Of a stretch of DNA of 20,466 bases, positions 14,389-20,466 are shown piece by piece (the stretch's first letter is position 1; each line of letters opens with the position of its first letter). Below the pieces are notes generated by a model that saw only the letters and a list, made by a program, of their open reading frames with translations, made no database searches and was not told the origin of the DNA. This DNA is from Coleofasciculus sp. B1-GNL1-01 (lineage in GTDB: Bacteria; Cyanobacteriota; Cyanobacteriia; Cyanobacteriales; Coleofasciculaceae), in the NCBI GenBank assembly GCA_040220235.1, contig JAVJTO010000086.1; one strand, written 5' to 3'. A program made the translations under genes and the position numbers.

Positions 14389-15040
14389 TCACCTCTTCAA
14401 TACAAAGGACATCGGCTTCGTGTCGGCGTAAGCTCAGGTTAAATCCCCGCACTTCGATTTCAATCGGGTCCCCTAGGGGCGCATGGCGGATCACAGTGAA
14501 CTCGGTTCCGGGTGTCAATCCCATGGCTAGCAATTTGCCCTTGTAGCCTCCAGTCGTTTTCTCGTAGCCAACAATACGCCCTTTGCTACCGACGGTTAAA
14601 TTGCTGATATATTTGTCTGTATTCATTGCTTTTCCCTGTTTACAAGCGTTAACTTGATCGGGTTGAGTCACCAGAATTTTGTTCGCCATACCCGCCCCCA
14701 AACCAATGCGGTTATCCCCGAAGGCGACAATCACCGAGCCACTGGGAACGCAGCTCACCACTTGAACTTGAATACCTGGTGTTAACCCTAGACTCAGAAG
14801 GTGACTGATGCCGCCTTTGCCTTTGAACCCGATAATCGACACGCGATCGCCAGCACGAGTCCTCGCTAAAGGGAAATTAGTCTCGGCATCGAACCGCTTA
14901 TGGGCTAAGTCATCATAGAACTCAACAATGTTGTCTTCGTCCCCAGAGGGTTCAGAGGTTTGTCCAAAAAAAGAAAATCCCCATCCTTTACGCTTTCGGT
15001 TGCGCTGGCGTCGGTGATTTGAGTTTCTGTTGGCTGCCAT
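14375..15040 (-). CDS. feoA: FeoA protein with two tandem FeoA domains and a basic N-terminal extension
   Basis: Two FeoA signatures (LLSLGLTPG...RIGLGAGMANKILV; LLAMGLTPG...APLGDP...LSLRRHEA); overlaps the feoB start. Confidence 0.9.
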   Translation of the reverse strand: MAANRNSNHRRQRNRKRKGWGFSFFGQTSEPSGDEDNIVEFYDDLAHKRFDAETNFPLARTRAGDRVSIIGFKGKGGISHLLSLGLTPGIQVQVVSCVPSGSVIVAFGDNRIGLGAGMANKILVTQPDQVNACKQGKAMNTDKYISNLTVGSKGRIVGYEKTTGGYKGKLLAMGLTPGTEFTVIRHAPLGDPIEIEVRGFNLSLRRHEADVLCIEEVNENA

Positions 15041-15085
15041 TGCATGCTCCTGATTAAGACTATTGTTCTATAACGATTTGAGTTT

Positions 15086-15104
15086 ATTAGTAAACTTTTT
15101 TAAT
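15086..15104. promoter_or_regulatory. Possible Fur box upstream of feoA
   Basis: 19-bp AT-rich imperfect palindrome ATTAGTAAACTTTTTTAAT; weak match, supported mainly by context. Confidence 0.35.
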
Positions 15105-15304
15105 AATTAATTTGGGTTTGGGCAGGCTAGATGGGAAAAACTCGATGCAGGCAGTACACCCACAAGACTTAGGCTTTGGGGTTTTCCCGTGAAAGACCCC
15201 TAAACTCCATTCCCGTCCAAGTTGGCGGCATTAGATTCAAATAATTGTCTTATAGATAATAAAGTAAATGAAATGCGATCGCAATAGACTGGGCGGGGAT
15301 ACAT

Positions 15305-15379
15305 GTAGAGACGTGCCATGGCGCGTCTGGGCGGGCGCGAGTTACATCTGGGTCAAGATAGGTAAAACCCGCCCCTACA
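15305..15379. repeat. REP fragments (GTAGAGACGTGCCATGGCGCGTCT and AAAACCCGCCCCTACA)
   Basis: Same families as 11055-11082 and 11621-11926. Confidence 0.65.
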
Positions 15380-15632
15380 AACCATGCCCTCGAAGATTTT
15401 CCAGCTCGTTTGTACTCAACTGGGCTTGACAGTGCTGCAACTTATGCCAAAGGGACTCGATTTGCTCAAACGCCTGATCGGGAGACAATTTACCCGCCGT
15501 TTGCAAGTTGCAAATATAGCTGACTCGCTGGGCAAACTCTTGCAGATTGGCATTCAGTACCAGATGCTCCGGCTTGACGGCTCCGCGATAACGGGCATGG
15601 GGATACAGAAAGTTGTGTTTGGATTGCTTCAT
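15375..15632 (-). CDS. Small conserved cyanobacterial protein of unknown function (DUF7219-like)
   Basis: FLYP-RY-G, NANLQEFAQRVSYICNL, GKLSP-A-I-LW pattern recognised from a widespread cyanobacterial small-protein family. Confidence 0.75.
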   Translation of the reverse strand: MKQSKHNFLYPHARYRGAVKPEHLVLNANLQEFAQRVSYICNLQTAGKLSPDQAFEQIESLWHKLQHCQAQLSTNELENLRGHGL

Positions 15633-15650
15633 AGCTACCGCTCCCCGATT

Positions 15651-15669
15651 ATTGCGATTAATTTTTAAT
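15651..15669. promoter_or_regulatory. Fur-like box upstream of the 85-aa gene
   Basis: ATTGCGATTAATTTTTAAT, 19 bp, same pattern as the boxes upstream of isiA. Confidence 0.5.
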
Positions 15670-15895
15670 TACAGATTAGTTAACCTCAATTTTACCTGAT
15701 TGTCAAGTGAACCTGATCGTGGCGCGATCGCATTATTTGCCATAGCAATTGTAGTGTTGACCTACAGTAGCCAGTTGTTCAGCGCAGACATTTTGCAACT
15801 TAAGAGCCATTCATATTAACTCCTCCGCTGCGGGAAACCCCGTGTCTTCAGACCGGGGAGGAACGCACGGTAGCGGTTTTAACCGCTTGTAGTTC

Positions 15896-16300
15896 TTAAC
15901 TATGGTGAGGGTCGTTAATGTATCTCTGAATTGTTGCTGCGCTGACGTTACCTGCGGTTGAAAAGAAGTAGCTATTTGTCCACAAAGAGGGGAGCTTCTT
16001 AAGTTCCGGAAACTCTTTTCTGAGATAGTTAGCGCTCCGTCCCTTAAAGGCTTTCGCTACCTGGTAAATTGCATCTGTCGGATGAATCTCAACAAACAAA
16101 TGAATATGGTCTGGCGCGACTTCAAGCGCTCTAATGTGCCAACCTTTTTCTGTAGCTAATTCGCTGAATATCTCAAATATTCTATCACGAATCTTTCCCA
16201 CTAGCACTTTCTTGCGCCGCTTAGGTATCCAGACCAAGTGAACTACACACAATCCGATAGCGTGGTTGTAGTGCCTATACTCATATGAATTTTTTCGCAT
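15896..16300 (-). CDS. tnpA: Y1 HUH transposase
   Basis: HLVWIPKRRK, PDHIHLF (HUH), KG-S, LWTNSYF, catalytic Tyr in IQRYI. Confidence 0.93.
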   Translation of the reverse strand: MRKNSYEYRHYNHAIGLCVVHLVWIPKRRKKVLVGKIRDRIFEIFSELATEKGWHIRALEVAPDHIHLFVEIHPTDAIYQVAKAFKGRSANYLRKEFPELKKLPSLWTNSYFFSTAGNVSAATIQRYINDPHHS

Positions 16301-16367
16301 TTATTTCCAGATTGACTGTTGTTACCATTGTAGATTACAATAGAGCAATCAACACCCCAGTCAAAGT

Positions 16368-17693
16368 ATGGCTAAAAACAAAAAGCCTAGGGGTGTACAG
16401 CAAGTGCTGTTACATCCCGACAAAGAAACAAAAGCGATTCTGGAGTATTTATGTGAACAATCAGGAAAACTCTATAACATGGGTGTGTATTTTGCCCGTC
16501 AGACATTTTTCAAGACAGGCAAACTCCTAACTGGAAAGTTTGACTTGATTTACGAGCAAAGCGTAGGAAAAAGTCGAATTGCCCAGTCTCTACCCTCAAC
16601 ACCAGCCCAGCAAACACTATTAAGTGTCGCTGAAGCGTTCAAATCCTACAAAGGGTTGCGTAATACTTGGTTTAAAGGACAATTGCCAAATAAACCCAAG
16701 CCACCCAGCTATTTGAAAGGGTCAAAGCTGTTTAAGGTAGCTTATCCCAATTCAGGGGGACAGAAGCCTAAGCTAGTTGATGGCCAACTTCAGTTTTCCC
16801 TAGGCTTGACTGTTAGGCGCTGGTTTGGACTTGATAGCTTTAAGTTACCTGTTCCAACCAATCTTGATATTACCCAGGTTAAGGAATGGACTATTTTGCC
16901 GAAAAACGGCGTCTTCTACCTGGAAGCTTCCTACGAACTACTTAAACAGGAAACGTTCCTAGGGATTGATGACCAAGCACTAGGAATTGACCTGGGTACA
17001 GCGGATAATCTAGCTGCTTGTGTTGACACCTTGGGCAACTCCTTTCTGATTGATGCCCGTGCCATGAAAGCCTTTAACCAATACTGGAATAAGCAGGTAT
17101 CTACCAGAAAGGAAGGAAAGCCACAGGGATACTGGGACGCCTTTCTTGACCGAGTGACCCGCAAGCGCAATCACCGGATGAGGGACGGTATTAACAAGGC
17201 GGCAAGATTAATCGTCAACCATTGCCTGAAATACGGTATAAGCACGATTGTTCTGGGATGGAACGAAGGGTTTAAGGACAACGCCAATATGGGTAGATTA
17301 AACAACCAAAAGTTTGTTCAAATACCCCTTGGTAAACTTAAAGACCGATTACAGCAATTGTGCGAGATTTATGGTATTCGTTTAGAGGTAACAGAGGAAG
17401 CCTACACCAGTAAAGCCAGCTATCTTGATGGAGACTCCCTGCCTAAGTTTGGAGAAAAACCAAACGGGTGGAAAGCATCAGGAAGACGAGTAAAGCGTGG
17501 TTTATTCAAGAGTAGTGATGACTCGATTGTAAATGCCGATTTAAACGGCAGTGCCAATATTTTAAGAAAAGTAGCCAGAAAGTTAGGCATCGACCTAAAC
17601 CGACTGGGTAGACGGTCTTTGACGACCGTAGCGAGAGTCAGATTGTGGACTTTGCCCCAGTCTACTCTGTCAGCAGAATCCCCGTGTCTTTAG
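16368..17693 (+). CDS. tnpB: RNA-guided endonuclease TnpB
   Basis: LYN N-terminal helix, RuvC-I GIDLG, NNQKFVQIP, EEAYTSK, RuvC-III NADLNGSANI; stop codon inside the right-end hairpin. Confidence 0.93.
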   Translation: MAKNKKPRGVQQVLLHPDKETKAILEYLCEQSGKLYNMGVYFARQTFFKTGKLLTGKFDLIYEQSVGKSRIAQSLPSTPAQQTLLSVAEAFKSYKGLRNTWFKGQLPNKPKPPSYLKGSKLFKVAYPNSGGQKPKLVDGQLQFSLGLTVRRWFGLDSFKLPVPTNLDITQVKEWTILPKNGVFYLEASYELLKQETFLGIDDQALGIDLGTADNLAACVDTLGNSFLIDARAMKAFNQYWNKQVSTRKEGKPQGYWDAFLDRVTRKRNHRMRDGINKAARLIVNHCLKYGISTIVLGWNEGFKDNANMGRLNNQKFVQIPLGKLKDRLQQLCEIYGIRLEVTEEAYTSKASYLDGDSLPKFGEKPNGWKASGRRVKRGLFKSSDDSIVNADLNGSANILRKVARKLGIDLNRLGRRSLTTVARVRLWTLPQSTLSAESPCL

Positions 17694-17715
17694 ACCGGGG
17701 AGCGTCAACCCTTGG

Positions 17716-17840
17716 CTAGTGCAAGAAGGCAGAAATAACTGAACAGCTAATATCTCCCCCCGCTTCCCCTGCTCCCTCTGCTCCCCCTGCTTCATCGTAT
17801 CTACGAAGCTGCTCAAGTATTTTTATGCCCGCTGCACTAG
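17716..17840. mobile_element. MITE with CTAGTGCA termini and internal C-rich nonamer repeats
   Basis: Left CTAGTGCAAGAAGGCAGAAATAACTGAACAGC versus right reverse complement CTAGTGCAGCGGGCATAAAAATACTTGAGCAGC; CTCCCCCTG-like repeats at ~17754-17792. Confidence 0.65.
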
Positions 17841-17886
17841 GGGCTGTGATTAGCTAGGAACACCTCTTCTGTTAATCCGACAATCA

Positions 17887-18102
17887 GTTGAGAAAGATTC
17901 TTAACCTATTGTCGTCTCATTCCAGCTTCCAATCAGAGAGTTGGGCAGGTGGTGAACTCAGCCTAAGTCAGAAAACCCTGACAATCACGTTGATTGAACT
18001 CATTACTAAAACGGGATTGGGTCAGTTTTGTCATAAAACTTAATACTAGCTTGTTGATAATTTCTCTAAACTAGCGCTATCTTGTTGAATATCTTTCGCA
18101 AC
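17887..18102. promoter_or_regulatory. Three Fur-like boxes upstream of isiA
   Basis: GTTGAGAAAGATTCTTAAC (17887-17905), GTTGATAATTTCTCTAAAC (18053-18071), GTTGAATATCTTTCGCAAC (18084-18102); isiA is an established Fur target. Confidence 0.7.
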
Positions 18103-18133
18103 AACTTGCACACCTCAATCAACGAACAGACTT

Positions 18134-19162
18134 ATGCAAACCTATGAAAATCCAGACGTAAAGTACGATTGGTGGGCAGGCAATGCCCGATTTGCCGATC
18201 TCTCTGGCTTATTTATTGCCGCCCACGTTGCTCAAGCAGCCCTAATCACCTTCTGGGCAGGCGCATTCACCCTGTTTGAGATATCCTGGTTTGACCCCAC
18301 CCTGGCGATGGGCGAACAAGGGCTAATTTTGCTCCCCCATCTGGCAACTCTGGGATTAGGCGTTGGCGATGGCGGTCAAATTGTCGATACCTATCCCTAC
18401 TTCGTCGTGGGTGCGGTTCATTTGATTTCATCGGCGGTTTTGGCAGCCGGGGCGCTATTTCACACGTTTAAAGCACCGGAGAACTTAAAAGACGCCAAGG
18501 GTTGGGCAAAGAGGTTTCATTTTGAGTGGGACAACCCGAAACAGTTGGGGTTAATTCTGGGACATCATCTCCTCTTCTTAGGAGCAGGGGCATTATTACT
18601 CGTTGCCAAAGCGATGTACTGGGGGGGACTTTATGATGCGACGACTCAAACCGTGCGCCTGATTACCCAACCGACGCTTGATCCTCTGGTTATCTACGGC
18701 TACCAAACCCACTTTGCCAGTATCAGTAGTTTGGAAGACTTGGTCGGAGGGCATATCTATGTCGGCGTGATGCTGATTGCGGGGGGCATCTGGCACATTT
18801 TAGTTCCGCCTTTCAATTGGACAAAGAAAGTGTTGATCTTTTCCGGCGAGGCAATTTTGTCCTATTCCCTGGGTGGCATTGCATTAGCGGGGTTTGTCGC
18901 TGCCTATTTCTGTGCTGTCAATACCCTAGCCTATCCAGTTGAGTTTTACGGTGCTCCCTTAGAGGTGAAACTAGGGATTGTGCCTTATTTTGCCGATACG
19001 GTTAAATTACCCCTAGGCGAACATACATCGCGTTGCTGGCTCGCCAATGCTCACTTCTTCCTGGCATTCTTTTTCCTGCAAGGGCATTTGTGGCACGCCC
19101 TGCGAGCCATTGGATTTGATTTCCGCCGCGTGGAGCGGGCATTAAATTCGGTTGAAGTTTAA
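18134..19162 (+). CDS. isiA: Iron-stress-induced chlorophyll-binding protein IsiA (CP43')
   Basis: [61 protein letters not shown]; 342 aa without the large CP43 lumenal loop. Confidence 0.95.
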   Translation: MQTYENPDVKYDWWAGNARFADLSGLFIAAHVAQAALITFWAGAFTLFEISWFDPTLAMGEQGLILLPHLATLGLGVGDGGQIVDTYPYFVVGAVHLISSAVLAAGALFHTFKAPENLKDAKGWAKRFHFEWDNPKQLGLILGHHLLFLGAGALLLVAKAMYWGGLYDATTQTVRLITQPTLDPLVIYGYQTHFASISSLEDLVGGHIYVGVMLIAGGIWHILVPPFNWTKKVLIFSGEAILSYSLGGIALAGFVAAYFCAVNTLAYPVEFYGAPLEVKLGIVPYFADTVKLPLGEHTSRCWLANAHFFLAFFFLQGHLWHALRAIGFDFRRVERALNSVEV

Positions 19163-19178
19163 GTCTTCCTCACACGAT

Positions 19179-19216
19179 GAGGGGTTTCTACGGATGATTG
19201 AAGCCCCTCTTTCTTT
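19179..19216 (+). terminator. Intrinsic terminator or stabilising hairpin after isiA
   Basis: Stem GAGGGGTTTC / GAAGCCCCTC followed by TTTCTTT. Confidence 0.6.
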
Positions 19217-19319
19217 AAAAGAAATAAATAGTCGGATGACGATCCCAGCCAAGCCAAAACAGTCTTGTCAGAAAACAGCTTGAGGGATCAAGGTTCAAAC
19301 ATAGCGTTTTTCTTGGGTT

Positions 19320-20123
19320 ATGGAAATGTCTAAATCTCCCGATGCACTTTGGCTCCATGTCAGTCCAGCTTTAGCACGATTTGATAGTCCCTTACTGAGT
19401 CATCTGTCTAAGTATGGCGCGATCGCTCGGTGGCACTATTACCAAACACTGGACGAACCGACGTCTCTAGACGCCGCCTTGGTATTACTCCATGACTATC
19501 TCAAGTCTAGCGATCGCCCCCTGCATCTTCTCGGACATGGCACAAGCGGATTGTTAGGACTCCTGTATGCTCATCGCTATCCTGAACGTGTGCGATCGCT
19601 AACGCTTCTGTCAGTCGGCGTTCATCCGGCGATAGATTGGCAAGCACACTATTATATTCAACGCCAAATGCTGCTTGTCCCCCGCGACGTTGTGTTAACG
19701 CAAATGGTTTATAACCTGTTTGGCTGTCACTGTCCCCTGATGGTACGAAAACTCATACCCGTTCTCAAGCAGGATTTAATTAGTTCATTATCCCCTCATT
19801 CGTTATATCAGCGCCTGAGTATTCCAGCGGCGGAAGTGCCTGTTCCCTTGTTCGTTTGTGGTAGCCGTGATGATGTCGTGATTGACTCGGATTTACTCCT
19901 GGGATGGTATCCCTGGTTAAAACAGAATGATCGCCTCTGGCAATGTGCCAATGGACGCTACTTCTTCCATTATTTTCATCCGCAACAAGTGAGTGAGCAA
20001 ATTGTAAATTTCTGGACATCTCTGGGTTTATCCGATTCAACTCCTTATTCATTAGAAATTCATCCATCTGAACAGTCTAACTCTATTGGAATTCAACCGT
20101 TTCAGCGAGGTAATGATGCGTAG
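19320..20123 (+). CDS. isiC: Alpha/beta hydrolase-fold protein, IsiC-like
   Basis: HLLGHGTSG elbow, YPERVRSLTLL, VPLFVCGSRDD, FFHYF; located directly downstream of isiA. Confidence 0.75.
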   Translation: MEMSKSPDALWLHVSPALARFDSPLLSHLSKYGAIARWHYYQTLDEPTSLDAALVLLHDYLKSSDRPLHLLGHGTSGLLGLLYAHRYPERVRSLTLLSVGVHPAIDWQAHYYIQRQMLLVPRDVVLTQMVYNLFGCHCPLMVRKLIPVLKQDLISSLSPHSLYQRLSIPAAEVPVPLFVCGSRDDVVIDSDLLLGWYPWLKQNDRLWQCANGRYFFHYFHPQQVSEQIVNFWTSLGLSDSTPYSLEIHPSEQSNSIGIQPFQRGNDA

Positions 20124-20466
20124 TGAAGTTTCTGTACTAATCACTAATTTGCCCATGATTCTCTGTCCAATTCTGATCTGTAGCCTACTCGTCATCTTGT
20201 GCTTATCCATTTGCGCCGCTGCTCGAGATGGGATAACTCGACTCAAACGATTGCATCAAGTTCCTTGTAGTCACTGTGCCTTTTTTACAGGAGATTATCG
20301 CCTCAAATGTACCGTGCATCCCAGCAAGGCTTTATCGGAAGAGGCAATTGGCTGTTTAGACTACGAACCAATCGCGACATCGTCTCGATCTAACGGTGTA
20401 CATTCCCCATGTTTTTGTGCCAAAACGACAACTAATCACACCTCGACATGTTTGCCCATTAACCAT
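20116..20466 (+). CDS. Cys-rich small membrane protein, possibly IsiE-like (3' end beyond window; absent from ORF track)
   Basis: Open frame MRSEVSVLITNLPMILCPILICSLLVILCLSICAAARDGITRLKRLHQVPCSHCAFFTGDYRLKCTVHPSKALSEEAIGCLDYE...; GAGG at 20107-20110; overlaps the isiC stop. Confidence 0.75.
   Translation, partial: MRSEVSVLITNLPMILCPILICSLLVILCLSICAAARDGITRLKRLHQVPCSHCAFFTGDYRLKCTVHPSKALSEEAIGCLDYEPIATSSRSNGVHSPCFCAKTTTNHTSTCLPINH

Larger units (their letters stand above)
15815..17708 (+). mobile_element. Complete IS200/IS605-family element (IS605-type divergent tnpA/tnpB)
   Basis: Near-identical subterminal hairpins CCCCGTGTCTT(C/T)AGACCGGGG at 15838-15858 and 17680-17700; right end GAAT-hairpin-TCAA (17705-17708); left end inferred just after TTCAT (15810-15814). 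Confidence 0.88.

Noticed and set aside
15172..15208. Hairpin upstream of feoA as a riboswitch or ncRNA
   Set aside because: Single imperfect stem with no recognisable riboswitch consensus.
18134..19162. psbC/pcb identity, or an IsrR-like antisense RNA
   Set aside because: Length, motifs and Fur/isiC context fit isiA; an antisense RNA cannot be supported from sequence alone.
854..20246. Remaining short ORFs in the track overlapping called genes (e.g. 854, 1328, 2506, 4022, 5777, 6120, 7797, 8158, 12383, 13124, 15384, 16285, 16931, 18596, 19780, 20052)
   Set aside because: Antisense or alternate-frame shadows of well-supported genes without motifs of their own.

Overview
Cyanobacterial chromosomal window (many HIP1 GCGATCGC octamers, isiA, STRR/REP-type repeats). 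The backbone is a metal-homeostasis cluster: divergent coaT/coaR (cobalt export and sensing), a SAM methyltransferase, feoA-feoB-feoC, a small conserved cyanobacterial gene, and isiA-isiC plus a Cys-rich gene running off the window end, with several Fur-like boxes. Between coaR and the methyltransferase sits a ~6.6 kb accessory segment (3500-10129) bounded by a 26-bp direct repeat of the coaR 3' end. It carries the most striking object: an EACC1-like gene followed by a 1845-aa fusion of caspase-like protease, STAND NTPase, TPRs and a hydrolase-less RelA/SpoT synthetase with TGS/ZFD/ACT tail, a candidate NLR-like defence or cell-death system with protease and alarmone outputs. Also present are a complete IS200/IS605 element (tnpA/tnpB, predicted TAM TTCAT), several MITEs, a duplicated feoC fragment and a glycosyltransferase remnant. 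All family assignments come from motif recognition by eye; no searches were run.
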